This document shows, in pieces, positions 11,001 through 24,795 of a stretch of DNA of 64,000 nucleotides. The DNA is from Callorhinchus milii (Eukaryota), in NCBI RefSeq assembly GCF_018977255.1, contig NW_024704742.1, positions 12,030,001 through 12,094,000 of the forward strand, given 5' to 3'. The translations under genes and the position numbers were made by a program. How positions within the stretch are numbered: position 1 is the first letter of the stretch; every line of letters starts with the position of its first letter. The notes under the pieces are model-generated. The model was not told the DNA's origin, made no database searches, and saw only the letters and a program-made list of their open reading frames with translations.

Positions 11001-12589
11001 TATCACCAGTTTGAAATAGATTCACAGATTCTGGTGATAATTACCGTCTGGAGCCGCTCTGTGTTCCACAGCGCAGATCAAACTTGGGCTCCGACACCCA
11101 GTGTGACTGTCAATGTGAACCACCTGCAATCACAGTGTGTGACGACTGGTTTGTGGAAAATTACAGAAAGAATTACACTGCTATGGTTGGCTTCGTTAAA
11201 CATTTATAAATGGACTTTCAGATGCACTGATTAATTTAATGACTGTTTCAACAAAGGAACAGAATGCTCATTTATCAAATCCTTGAAATTCTGCTCTGTC
11301 CTAATTTGATATTGATCTCTGGAACAATATCTAGAATCTGCTTTGAGTTGGAAATCACAGCAAAATGGGTATGAGCACATTAAAGCTTCAGAATTTTTGG
11401 CAATCTGTACAGTCATAATTTTGGGTGACCATCAACAAGATAATGTTCTAAAAGTTCAGAAATTGCAATCTCCGAAAGAATAATGATCAATATCTAATCC
11501 ACATTGGTGTTGATCATGTTGTCCCCATAGTAACACATGGAATATTTACTGTTGCTATGGGACATAAATTTGAAAATAATGTTTTTCTCCGAACATTCAC
11601 AACCATGCAAACACAAGTATATTTTATTTCAATTTATCTGTAAATCCCAGTTTATGCTTTGCTTCATTTATCCATGAACAACCATTTCGTGAGATTATGC
11701 ACAGGAATTTCATGAATATAAAATGAAATAAAAATAAAACGGGAATTGCAGCATTACAGGAAAGGTAGGAAATATGAAGACCATAACTTTGCTTTATTTG
11801 TAATTTGTAATAAAAAAATTCATAGCAAATTTTGTATTCAATAAAATATCTTCAAACAAAATTAGCAAGCCTCTTGATATTTAGTTGTATGGCAGTATAA
11901 CATGTAATTAATTGTTCACCACTGTACCTATGCTTAATACAAAAATTACACCTAAGTGCTATGCGTATAAAGTCTGCTGTAACTACACCATAAATCGCAC
12001 ACACAAAACAGCAATCCTCAGAATTCACTCTGGTTTTATTCATCCAGTTTCATTAATCATTCGCACAAATCAGGATTGCAAATATATTTTTCTGGTGAAG
12101 TGTTAACATTTCTGGATTGTGGGAGGGATGGTACTCTGTGAATTGATGTCATCTGGAAACTGAATTGTACTCAATGAACTTCATTCAACTTGCTACCGAA
12201 TAATCATTAGAGATTTTTTCTATTGTCCACAATTCTTGGCTTGATCTAAATAAAAATTGGGAGAGAGAAGTATTCTACTCGGTGCAATCATGTGGGTTTA
12301 TAGGCTCATGTGGCAATGATACCTATAATATTGTTGCAATTTTAAGGCTCACAGACACAACACAGGCACATACTATGTGGATCCTGGCAAGATTAAATAA
12401 TAGACACACACTATACACTATATGATATCCATACTAAATGGGATTGGCCACAGTGCGGCTATAACATCATTGTTGATAATGAAACGTGTGCATGTGTCAC
12501 TCTCTCACTCTGCCACTATTCCATATTAAAATGGATTAATTGTGATTAATTATTTTAAGACAATCCAAGACAATTCAATCCAAGATTAA

Positions 12590-14570
12590 TTATCTCAAGA
12601 CTATGCCAAAATTATCTTGGGAGGCCAAGGACAACCCCAGGCTACTCTTCTCCATCACCAACCGGCTCCTCTGCCCACTCTCTTATGCCTCGGCCATCCT
12701 CACCTCCAACACCAACTGCGAGGCGATGCTGGACTTCCTCGAAACCAAAGTTGAGGCGATCCGCTAAGCTGCTTCTGCCCTTCCGACCACTGACCACTCC
12801 TCATCTCCCCCTTACACTCCGGCACCTACCGTCAAACCTGTCTCCCCCGTCCTCTCTCATCACCACCATAATCAACATGAAACCGACTAACTGCTCCCTC
12901 GACCCTATCCCTACCCCTCTCCTTAACTCTCAGCTCCATTTTCTTGCCCCCCCTACTCACAGACATCATAAACCTCTCCCTGTCCACTGGCACCATTCCC
13001 ACCCCTCTAAAAACAGCCGTCATCACTCCTATTCTTAAGAACCCTCCCTGGACCCAACCCTGCTCTCAAACTACTGCCCCATCTTCAATCTCCCTTTCCT
13101 CTCCAAGTCCGGAACAAGTCGTTGCTTCCCAGCTTCGCTTTTTCCTCTCCTGCCACTCCCTTCACGAGCCCCTTTAATCGTGTTTCTGTGCCACCCACAG
13201 CACAGAAATAGCTTTGATCAAAGTGACAAATGACATTTGTCCATCTGTGACCCCAGCTCCCACTGTCTCCTCATCCTCCTTGACCTCTCTGCTACCTTCG
13301 ATACTGTTGACCACTCTATCCTCCTCTCACCTCAACCTTCATGGTTCTGTCCATGGCTCAGATCGTATCTCTCACACCATCTCCACTTAATCTCCATAAA
13401 CGGATTCTCCTCTAGCCCCTGCACCATCTTGTATGGCGTTGCTCAGGAATCTGTCCTGGGTCCCCTCCTTTTCATATGCTCCCTCTTGGTGACATCATTT
13501 GCAGACATGGTGTCAATTTCCACATGTATACGGATGACATCCAACTCTATCTCTCTGCCTCCACTCTCAACTCCAGGACCACTGCTATCCGGACAGAATG
13601 TCTGTCAGACAACAACAACAAAATTACATTATTAAATCGCCTTTCACGTAGGGAGGACGTTCCAAGGCGCTGTATGAGAGTGAACAAGTCCTGGATGAGA
13701 GCTAACTTTCTTCAGTTGAACATCAACAAGACCGAGGCCCTCATGATTGGCTCCTGTCAGCGCCTCCACACTTTAGGCACTGACAGGATCACCATCCATG
13801 GTTGCACATTCCACCTTAATAAGCCAGTACAGAACCTTGCCAGCTTGTTTGACCCTCAACTATCCTTTCTACCCCACATCCATGCCATGTCCCACTCTGC
13901 CTTCCCCACCTCAGCAACATTGCCCTGCTCCATCAAACCGCAGGTCGCTGAGACCCCAATACACGCATTCATAATATCCAGGCTTGACTACGCAAACTCT
14001 CTGCTTGTCTGCCTCTCCAACCCTCCCTCCTTAGGTTGCAGATCATCCAGAATTCTGCAGCCCATGTCTTCTCCCACACCAGGCTCCGCGACCCTATCAC
14101 CCCCATCCTTGCCTGACTCTACTCTCGTCCCATCACACAGAGGATACATTTCAAGATCCTGGTCCTCACATTCAAAGCCTTCCATGGCTTTATTCCCCCC
14201 GTACCTCTGCGGGCTTCTAACTCCCTACCAACATGCCCGCTCTCTCCACTCAGTGAGCTCTGGCCTGCTTCATGTCCCCCACACTCACCCACCCCCATTG
14301 GCAAGTGGCCTTCTACCACTCTGCCCCTACCCTCTGAAACTCCAACCCACAGTCCCTCTGCCTCGTCTAGTCCTTTGCCTCCTTCAATACCCATCTCAAA
14401 ACCCTCCTCTTCGACCGTACTTTCATTCACCCTCCTTCTCCCCCTGCTCTCCAAACTCCCCGACCTGGACTTGCAGCTCGGGTCCGAAACACTGAATGTC
14501 CAATACCTTGGGGCATCCTCCCGACATGAAATTTGCTATACAAATGTAATTTTGTGGTTATTGTTGTTAT
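12590..14570 (+). mobile_element. L2 LINE, 5'-truncated, frameshifted ORF2 with reverse transcriptase
   Basis: LLDLSATFDTVDH, GVAQESVLGPLLF, FHMYTDDIQLY, LQLNINKTE, SRLDYANSLL; L2 tail at ~14500-14570; short inverted tail fragment at ~13610-13675. Confidence 0.93.
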
Positions 14571-15269
14571 TTAATTGTGTACATGTCTCTAACCTTGTAC
14601 CTTGCTGGATTGGATCCTTCACTTTGTACTGCTAATTCCCAATCCCTACCAGCTAAATCGAGAATCTGATAATCTCATGCGCGTGTACAAACCCAAACTG
14701 GTTTTGCCAAAATCACAGCAGGAGTCTACTTCCACATCAGAGCCTAGGCAATAGCAGTGATATCAGCCATACAATAGGGTAGCCCGGGGGTTTAACAATC
14801 AATTTTGTAAGTAAATATATACTAATCGATTGACCATAACCTCCTGGGCCATCAGCAATCTTGACTTTGGAAGTCAGAAAGTATTACCCATGGAGTATAG
14901 CACGGCAGGCGAAAAATAATCGAACTTATTTGCCAGGTTCAATAAAATTGCAAAGCAAGTATCAAGCTAATAGTAAAACACAAGAGACAACTGTTTGAAG
15001 AAATTTCATTCAAGAAATTGATGTATCTTAAATTCCTTTACAGCTATGATCAACAACAATGTCATTCACTTGAAGAAATGCGGCTCTGGATGCAAAATTC
15101 AGGAAGGGAGTCAATTTTCTCTGTTCAAAAGTGTAATGCCCCTTCATGATTGATGCTGTGTTATAACTGTTTATATCTCTGCTTTGCTTCCAACACTACA
15201 GAGATTAGGGGTAAGAAGTCCAATTTATACTTCTCACTCCTCATCACTTCACATTGATGACATTAATAA

Positions 15270-15440
15270 GTCAGCTTCAGGTGTCAACCTGACTAAGCTG
15301 GTCAGACTCTCACCTCTCAGATGGATGGATGTGAGTTCAAGCCCCACAATTGAGGCTGATACTCTAATACAGTGTTGCATTTTTAGAGTGCAATTCTTTG
15401 GATGAAATCCCATCCATCTGTATTGAATATAAAGGTAATC
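15270..15440 (+). mobile_element. Old tRNA-head Deu-type SINE, partial
   Basis: 'gttcaagccccaca...tttggatgaaat' resembles 49600-49760 and 53515-53690. Confidence 0.55.
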
Positions 15441-15984
15441 TCTCGATGAATCACTGAATGGTCTTTGAGCCAGCAGACTCCTTAACATTGGCTGGGACAG
15501 ACACACCCACGGTAACATAAGGGTAGCATCACAAGCAAGATAACAACAACAACAAATTGCATTTGTATAGCTTATATAAGGATAACTCAGCAAAGTAGAT
15601 GCCTAATTTCCTTTCTCTCACCCACTCCACTTTATTTGTAGGAATATTTCATTGAAATATGAAAAAAATCCAAACTGATCCTCCAATAACGAATAGAATC
15701 CATGTCCAAATTCTTGCCCAATAATTTGTAGCATCACATACACTGTTGAGAGTGAACTGACTATTCCTGTTTAGTTGTGCGGTGCTGAAAATGAAAATAC
15801 AGTGAAAAGCGCTATATTAAATGCAAGGATTATTATTATTATATAACTCCATCCCAGGTTGAAACCAGAATATATAGGTCAACTCATGTTCCCGAAATTC
15901 AATTTCTTAATTTTCATTTGTGACTGTGGGGCTGATTTGCTTATTCAGGGCCCTTAATTGGTAGATTGCGTCCTGATCACTGTA

Positions 15985-16292
15985 AATTTAGTGGTTAGAG
16001 CACTTGCCTCAATTCCCGGGCAGGGCAAAACGTTGTCTCTGTTTACCTAGCAGTAATTAGGAACCCGGTTGTTAGTCGATCGGCGTATCACTTTTTAAGA
16101 GGTAATAAATCTTCAAAAAAATGAATAAATAAAAATAATAATCGGATCACACGAACATTGAGTGTTTGTGTGCAATTGGTGTGTTTCGCCCACAAAATAC
16201 AGTCACTTTACAGTATATTCTGTGAAGCGCTTTGAGACGTCTCAAAAACGTAATAAGGCGCCGTATCAAATGCAAGGATTATTATTATTATT
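15985..16292 (+). mobile_element. tRNA-derived SINE, longer subfamily
   Basis: 'agtggttagagcac', the 'ctgtttacctagcagtaa' block and the 'gagacgtctcaa...caaatgcaagga(tta)n' tail. Confidence 0.85.
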
Positions 16293-17069
16293 AACACCGT
16301 CAAATCTCATGGGAATAGAAGCCCGGTGATAAGTTTTACTTTTCAGAGCCTTCAGCTCATGACACTTTTATGACTGGTGAACTGTATTACCTGCAGCGAA
16401 AGGCAGTTTTGAAAATGTAACTTCTATGATCATTCTTGGCAATAGATATCTTGCTCTTGGCATTCTTGAAACAAATGAAAGAGCAGCAAGAAACTGTCTG
16501 TGAGAGCACCATTAGAAAAGGCTATAGAAATAGATGGTACAACCAAGAGCGTTGACAGCATTACTTGGCCTGCAAAAATAATAATGTGAAATGTTCTGTA
16601 AAACAACTAGACACTCAACAGTGCATTTGTTTTTTTTTACATTAAACACTGACAGTCGTGCGTTTTGAGAAATGGATACTTTACCCCCATTTGAAACATT
16701 GGTGTTTCATTTGAAACCGTGACGTTAAAGATTTATAATAATAATAATAATCCTTGCATATGATATAGCACCGTATCACGTCTTCGAGACGTCTCAAGGC
16801 ACTTCACAAAGTATACAGTAGAGTGAATTAATTTGCATCTGAACCTCATAATTACAGCCCTGGTCAGTTGATATTAAAAAATAAGTTAATTAAATGAGAT
16901 TTAATTAATTAGTTCATTAGTTTGATTTTGTGTTATTGTTATGTCTTTGATAAAAAAAATTGTTAATAAATATAATGCCTATTTTAACCTAGCGCTCTTT
17001 TTAAGTGGTTTATTTCTCGGTAAAAAAAATGGCATTCTTTGCCATTTTGTGCGTGTATTGGGGTTAGTA

Positions 17070-18310
17070 GGTGACAGAGGTAGGGAGGAGAAAGACCATG
17101 GAGGGCTTTGAAGGCGAGGACGAGGATTTTGAACTCTATTCTCTGGGGGATGCAGTTCCAGTGGTGCCGGGCGAAAGGTCATGGAGCCTGGTACAGCAAA
17201 AAGACATGCTGAAGGATCTGCAACTTGTGGAGGGAAGAGTTGGGAAGGCCAACAAGCAGGGCATTACGGTAATCAACCCTGGGTTTGATGAATGTGCGGA
17301 TGAGGGGCTCAGCGCCCTGAGTAGTGAGGCATTAGGTAAGCCAAGCAATGCTGCAGAGGTGGGGGAAAGCAGAGCAGGTCATAATAATAATAATAATAAT
17401 AATAATCCTTGCATTTGATATAGCGCTTTTCACGTCGGGAGGACGTCCCAAAGCGCTTCACAGAACACACTGTAAAGTGAATTGACTGTATATTTGTGGG
17501 CGAACGAGGCAGCCAATTGCGCACAGCAATGTCCCACAAACAGTCATATGGATTGAAAATGACCAATTTATTATTGTTTTTTGTTTTTTTGGGGGGATTA
17601 TTATTAGGCTCTGTGTGGAGTAAGGAAACTTGCCCAAGGTTTCGCCCTCTGCCTGGAATTGAACTCAGGTCTCTCACTTGCAAAGCGAGTGCTCTAACCA
17701 CTGAGCCACAGGACTCCATGGCACAGATGTGGGGTAGATAGGACAGCTTAAAGTCGAACAAAACACCAAAGTTTCCTCACTAGCTCAGTGAGGTGGAGCA
17801 TGCATCCCTGGATGGTGATGCTGTCAGTGCCTGAGGTGTGGAGGCGCTGACGGAAGCCAAGCAGGAAGGCCTCCGTCTTGTTGACATTCAACTAAAGAAA
17901 GTTAGCCCTCATCCAGGACTTGATGTTTGACAGACAATCCATCGGGATAACAGCGGTCCTGAAATCGAGGGTGGAGGCAATGAGATAGAGTTAGGTGCCA
18001 TCTGCCTACATGTGGAAGTTAATCCCATTTAGTGGTTGATGTAACCAAGGGGGAGCATGTTTAGGTTGAAAAGGAGAGGACCGAGGACAAGGAGAGGACC
18101 ATGCTGAATGCTGCATGTGATCGTGCGGGAGCTGGAGGAGAAGCCTTTCATGGATACAAAGTGAAGGTGATAGAAAAGGTAAGATTTGAAGCAGACAAGG
18201 GCAGGACTATGAAGATTGAGCTGAGAGGAGAGGCGGTGGAGAAGGATAGGATGGTCGACAGTTTAGAAGATGGCAGAGAGGTCAAGGAGGAAGAGGAGAC
18301 AGAGAAATGA
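17070..18310 (-). mobile_element. L2 LINE fragment interrupted by a SINE
   Basis: Reverse complement parallels 13240-14190 (RT and post-RT region). Confidence 0.85.
17381..17718 (-). mobile_element. tRNA-derived SINE, full length
   Basis: Near-identical to 21666-21984, 44041-44362 and 60264-60582. Confidence 0.95.
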
Positions 18311-18446
18311 AGAGAAGGAAAATTAAGAGAAAGAAAACAAATCTGTCAACTGCCAGGTGGAGTTTGTGTTCACAAGTCTTTTAAACTAACAGCTTTATAA
18401 TAAATTTAATTCCTTTTAAAATGCTTTTTCATTAAGGAATGAAACT

Positions 18447-19042
18447 TGTGGTGCCAACATGTCGGACTCAGCCTAAATTGGAACAATTTGGCGGAATAAA
18501 AAAGTTTGTTTAGACCCAGGGAGCGAGGCCACTGATGATACTAATGATCCCAGTGGATTGAAAAAGCACACCTATTCCATGGCAATAGGTGAGTGGATCT
18601 CATTAGACCATAAAAAAAGGCACTAATTACATCAAGTAATTGGTGTAAACTAAATTGCCATTGTATATTCCTTATTAGGAAAGGGGCTCAATGCCTATAA
18701 AAGGTCCACATGGTGCTTGCGGTTGCTGTTTAGCAAAGGTGCTGACTGTTGCTGAGGAGTAGTCCTCTAGGTCAGGAAATGGTCTTTCATGCAATCTTTC
18801 ACTAACTTATTGTTAAGTTACTGCTAGCTGGTGTTCAGTGGCTCCTAGCTGGTGTTTAGTTAAGTGTGTTTATTGTTTGTTATTTCTTGGCATTGTATTT
18901 ATCTGATTTGTTGGAAAGTGTTTTAAGTTGTTAATGCTTTGTGTAGTGTGCTCCATAAAACACAATAAAATTGCGTTGAATTTTCTTGACCGTGTTTTCT
19001 CGAGTCTCTGTAATCACTCTGGAAGGAGGGGACATATAAACA
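18447..19042 (+). mobile_element. Possible solo LTR
   Basis: TG...CA candidate ends, TATAAAA at 18696, AATAAA at 18964; no TSD found. Confidence 0.4.
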
Positions 19043-20699
19043 GGTTGAGCTTACATCACAGTGTGATAGACTACTGATGGAAGCTTTCCAATTCGCAGTA
19101 ATATAAACAGCAATTGGCTGTACCCGTCGTCGTTGTAACTCTCACTAGTGAAGTACACCTTAAATTACAGAACTCGCACTCATAGAGGAGGATCGAACAC
19201 AGAGGCCACTCTGCGAGGGTGGGTGAGATACACATACCAACGGGGTGAGAACCGTTGCAATGTTTCCATGTTGTACATTTTTTTTTAAAAATGGTTTGGT
19301 AAATCTTCCTCCTTTGGTAGTAGACAAGGACTGAATCTATATTTATCCCAGTGAATGATGCTGAGTTCACGAGAAGTGCAACAATTCATCTTTAACACTA
19401 CATTTAGTAAACTATTAAAGAGTCAGTGCTTGTTTGATAACCAGCCTACTTTGAACATCAGACAACGATGGGTGCCCTAACCTGATGTTGAAGTCCATTA
19501 TTCATCTGCATTAGTTTTATTATTGCTTTCTAATGTTACAAACCAGCCAAGCTTTGTCTCATATCCAGTATTTGATAGCTACTGCATTGTTGTGTTTGGT
19601 CTATTTCCCATTCTGCAGATTATAGCCTATTCCAAGTTAGTTATTAGTTTTTCATTAATACTCTAGAAAGTATTTTCTTGATAATATGTTCATTTACACA
19701 TATTAGTATTTCCATCATCATATTCCTCTGGACACATACTTCTATTTCCTATGTGGCATATAAAGAAAATAAAAGATTTTTTATCAACTGACATTGGTGT
19801 CCGAACTTACATTTTGCATGTAATTGGACAATTAAACATTTATATCTATTTTCCTTTCAAGATATCAGAAAGCAAACATCCACAAAGATCCCTCCTATTC
19901 CCACACAGCCTGCCCTCCACCACTCCTGATCCCCAACTTCCAGCTTGGGTCCTATAACCCCTGACTGACCAACGCCCTGGGACATCTTTCCGAAGTGAAG
20001 GGTGTGACACAAGTGTAATTTGTTGTTGTTGTGCGCAAAGCTAAAGTTGGAACGATCCAATAGCGAACAGTTGTTGGTAACAGTGTTCTGATATGGTTGG
20101 TCTCTGGTTGCATTTGAACACAGATTTCATGTAATCATATCTTTATGTGGCCCTCATTTGAGATGGCCACAACAGAATGAAAGAAATGTAACATATTCAG
20201 GAAGAGTGATGTATTCTCATAGATATTGATACTTACAGCCTTCAGAAAGATCAGAAGCACATATTTTGCTTGCAGAAATACAGAGACAGTTGAAATCCTA
20301 TAATTATGACTCTCTTCCCTCCTTCCTGACATAATCTTGCTCCTTCTTCATGCCTTTGGGTCTCGCAAGCATCTGTGACTATAAACTGCTGGCCACAATT
20401 TGTTTTCTTGTTATTGGTGTGTACAAAGGAAATCAAATTCAATATGTGTCTCCATTCCTGGTACATAATGCAGACATGCTGACACCTACACATAAAGACT
20501 TATTGCCTCATAAGTCACCCTCTGTGGAGTGTTCTTGCTAAGTTAAAGTGAAAATACTTTATTGTATAAAACATACAGAATGCAGCACATCTTCCATCAC
20601 AGTCTATGGTTCAACAACAACTTACAGATATATATAGTGCCCCACATGCAGGGTAGCATCCCAGAGAGCCTTTCTGAAGGTTTAATATATTTTCTGTTA

Positions 20700-21345
20700 A
20701 CTATTATAATAATAATGTTTGCATTTGATATAGCGACTTATCACATCTTTGAGACGTCTCAAAGCGCTTCACAGAATATACTGTAAAGTGAATTGACTGT
20801 ACATTTTGTGGGAGAAATGCACACAGCGGTGTCCCACAAACAACAACAACTTGCACTTATATAGTGCCCTCCACGCTGGATAACGTCTCAGAATGCTCAA
20901 CAGAAGGAGGAGGCCAGACCCAATTGAACTTAGGTGCCGGGTGGTGGATTGGGGAGTGAGGAGGGCGGAGAGGTAGAAAAGTGCCAGAGTGTGAATGGAT
21001 TTGAACACGAGAGTAAGGATCTTGAAGTCGATTTGTTTGGTGATGGGGAGCCAGTGGTGTCTGGCCAGAACTGGTGAGATGTGGGTACAGAGTTTAGTCC
21101 GGGTCAGTAAGCGGGTGGCAGAGTTTTAAATGAGCTTCATCTTGTCTAATGGGGGAGCTGCAAAGTCCGGCAAGGAGTGCGTTGGAGTAATCCAAGCGGG
21201 AGGTAACCAACACATGCACAAGGGCTTCAGCTGCATTTGGGATAAAGTACAGTCGGTGGTGGGCAATGTGCTGGAGGTGGAAGAAGGCGATCCTGGTCAG
21301 GGACTGGATGGGGGGAGACGAAAGGACAGTTGTGGGTGCTGTTGA
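20700..21345 (-). mobile_element. SINE 3' fragment (20700-20845) abutting an L2 fragment (20845-21345)
   Basis: SINE tail motif, then L2 tail and reverse complement of the 'ttcaagatcct' ORF2 C-terminal region. Confidence 0.8.
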
Positions 21346-21654
21346 TTAATTGACCAATTTATTATTATTTAAATTGGGTCTTTGTTTTTTTGTTATCTAG
21401 TCCTATGGCCCATAAGCCTTGTACCTATTTAACACTTCAAACACCTTTATGGTTAAATAATGTATTATTATTGCATATTACACAAAATTCATTTTAATTT
21501 CATCAAAACTTGAAACTTAGACCTGATCATTTTAAAAATTGTCTTCTATCAGAATAACCAAATCCATTTCATTGTAGCATATCTTTTGTATGCAATAAAA
21601 CAATGAATTTATCCTCAGTAACATAAAATTTGCATTTGATGAGAAGCAGCTTAT

Positions 21655-22675
21655 TGTTAGATTACATAATAATAATAATCCTTGCATTTGATATAGCGCT
21701 TTTCACGTCGGGAGGACGTCCCAAAGCGCTTCACAGAATATACTGTAAAGTGAATTGACTGTATATTTGTGGGCAAACGCGGCAGCCAATTGCGCACAGC
21801 ACTGTCCCACAAACAATCGTAGATTGAAAATGACCAATTTATTATTGTTTTTGGTTTTGGAGGGATTATTATTAGGCTCTGTGTGGAGTAAGGAAACTTG
21901 CCCAAGGTTTCGCCCTCTGCCTGGAATTGAACTCAGGTCTCTCGCTTGCAAAGCGAGTGCTCTAACCACTGAGCTACAGGACTCTAGATTGACTAGAAAA
22001 TATAGAAATTATAACACCTTATAGCAATTATAAAACATTAGTTTAAAAATGTTAGAAGAACGCTGAGCCTGTCAGTTCCAGGCGCTGGGAGAAGCAGGCA
22101 CGACCTCTAGTCCTGGAGTATGAGGTAAGGGCCACCTGGAGATAGGGGGAGACCCTGAGCCTGGCACCAGGACAATGGAATATGTGTCCGAAAGCTTTTC
22201 TTGTAAACCAGTTACACTCTCAAGGACAGTACTGAGATACGGTTAAGCCTGTCTCAATTCCAGATGGCCAAAAAGAAGAGAATGTTGTTGATCAGGTTAG
22301 ACAGAACAAAGGAAGAGTAAAATTCTGGAGACCATAATCTTATCTGGCCAAAGCAAAAGTTAGAGGGGAATTTAGTATAATTGGGATGCCACCGAACAGA
22401 GAGGGGTGGGAGCAGGGAGAGAGAGATTAAGAGAGATGTGGAAGCAGGGAGAGAGAGAGACAAAGAGAGAACATGAGTATCGCAAATGCTTGAGCCTGAG
22501 AAGCCGACATGAAAGACTGAATTCAGCCTACAAACTGCACAGAACTGGTAGTATGTCTATTTATTTACCTCTTTTGCCATATACTCATAAACTGCTTGTG
22601 AATAATAAACCATTGTACCTTTATTAAGGATGTTGAGTCATTATTTTGGATCCTCAGTATCGGTATATCCCAACA
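21655..22675 (+). mobile_element. Solo LTR with 4-bp TSD TTAT, interrupted by a SINE
   Basis: TTAT|TGTTAG...CCAACA|TTAT; AATAAA near 22604; the flanks rejoin into an older SINE tail. Confidence 0.8.
21666..21984 (-). mobile_element. tRNA-derived SINE, full length
   Basis: Same family as 17381-17718; possible TSD TAGATT. Confidence 0.95.
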
Positions 22676-22908
22676 TTATCATGTTGTCGAGATGTCTCAA
22701 AGCACTTCACACGGTACATTGTAAAATTATGTGGCTATGCTTATTTTGTGGGAACTATTTTTTAGCTGACTGCTGATTGACTCATGTTCAGGCTTCCTTT
22801 GTTTTATTAATATACTGAATGATTTGCTCCATTCTTCATGAAGTGGAGGCTCTTGAGACTCAAAATATTTGTGTATTGTAACACCAGCAGGGGTAATGCA
22901 CATTAAAA

Positions 22909-23232
22909 ATAATAATAATCTTTGCATTTGATATAGCGCCTTATCATGTCTTTGAGACGTCTCAAAGCAATTCACAGAATATAGTCTAAAGTGAAACATG
23001 GCAGCCAATTGCACACAGTCATGTCCCACAAACAGTCATGGATTGATTTTTTTTGTGAAGGAATTATTACCTTCAATCGATCCACCAATCGACTAACACC
23101 AGGTTCCAACTTACTGCTAGGTAAACAGAGGCTTGTGGAGTAAGGAAATTTGCCCAACATTTCTCCCTGCCAGGAATCGAACCCAAGTCTCTCACTTGCG
23201 AGGCGATTGCTCTAACCACTGAGTTACAGGGC
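22909..23232 (-). mobile_element. tRNA-derived SINE, longer subfamily
   Basis: Head, 'ttactgctaggtaaacagagg' block and tail all present. Confidence 0.9.
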
Positions 23233-23829
23233 TTCAGAGGGCCTTTGAAGTCGAGGGGAAATCTCAAAGCACTTCACACAGCTGACTGGGCATCTGCATC
23301 ATCTGGTAGAGTTGGGGCCGAAGCACAGTCCAAAAAAATGGCTTTCAAGGTGGGAAGGGAGGAGTTGAGGCAACATGACTTAAGGATGGAGTTCTACAGA
23401 TTGGGGCACAATAGCTGAAAGCTCATCCACTGATTACTTCACTGATATTCTCACTGAACTCAGAATGTGGAATATATTCTCAGACGGGAGCTTTTCCATT
23501 AACAATGTTAATACTACAACAACAGCATAATCGGTAGATGCAATTGTAAATCATCAATGTTAAATATCAGGAGTTAGGGAGGGTCATTTCTGATCAAAAT
23601 ATTCCATATTATTGGAATGCTCCAGTGAGTTTAATTTTTGGATGAAAAAAAGTATGAGTCTTGTTTTTACTTTGGATTATAAATTTCTCCATTTACTTTT
23701 AATTGATGTGGAAACCAGTTTGGTGCTACCAGACATTACGAGGCAAAACACTGTACCCAAATACTGTGCTTTTCGAAAGTTAGGCTTCTCCCCGGTCATT
23801 GTACATCAGAAGTCAATATTAATCAATAC

Positions 23830-24148
23830 CCGACCAGGCAAAATGTTGGGCAAGTTTCCTTACTCCATACACATCTGTTCACCTAGCAGTAAGTAGGATC
23901 CCAGTTGTTAGTGGATTGGCAGATTGCTTTCCGGGGGAAAAAATTCCTTCAAAAATATAATAATAATAAATTGGTCACTCAATCCATGACTGTTTGTGGG
24001 ACACTGCTGTGTGCAATTGGCTGCCCCGTTTCTCCCACACAATATGCAGTCAATTCACTTTACAGTATATTCTGTGAAATACTTAGAGACGTCTCAAAGA
24101 CGTGATAAGGAGCTATATGAAATGCAAGGATTATATTATTATTATAAT
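23830..24148 (+). mobile_element. tRNA-derived SINE, 5'-truncated
   Basis: 'ttgggcaagtttccttactcca' through 'aaatgcaagga(tta)n'. Confidence 0.9.
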
Positions 24149-24795
24149 CACCTTCCCTGGTCATGGTCAATCACCCACATGGGTCAAGGGTAATTAAACT
24201 CACCCGGGTCAATCTGAATGGAGCTTCTCTGGGACATATTTAACTCATCTTCTGAGTCACAAAACTGTAGTGGTTTTAAGGAGTAGGAGGGTTCCTGTAA
24301 ACACTAACGTTTGATAACTTCTCTTATACAGGTATATTAAAAAAAGTTAACATAAGGATTTAATTTTCTGCTGTATTTTTAAATAGAAAATAATCCCACT
24401 GGACTTTAATTGAGAAACGTGGTGTGAATTATTTTGTGAAAATTGAGACTAAAGTGAAATTACTCAGTCATAATGCAGTATTATAGCATAATTATTACCT
24501 GTGATATTTCTTGTCTTAGCAACTTACATAAAATAATGTTGATGTGTTACTTCAAGAACTATTAGTGTAAAATAATGTTCAGACTAAATGTAATAAGTTT
24601 AAAATACTCCACATCTTTTCATTTCAGTCAACCATAAAACATCGGAGTAGTAAAATATTGGATTGTGTGGTATGACTAATTGTGAGTGCAAGACATAGAT
24701 GCTTCATGTAATTGACAATTCAACAATCTGTAAGCAGCATTTTGGAATCTAATTTTAGCTCTCTTCTTGCATCAGTGCTCTCTCTTTAAGAAATG

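Noticed and set aside
6473..11142. Gypsy-type LTR (TGTCAC...GTGAC) enclosing the satellite in the ancestral orientation
   Set aside because: Termini imperfect and no TSD found.
11131..11185. V(D)J recombination signal (CACAGTG) near the rearrangement
   Set aside because: No correctly spaced nonamer, no V or J segment, and it is not at a breakpoint.
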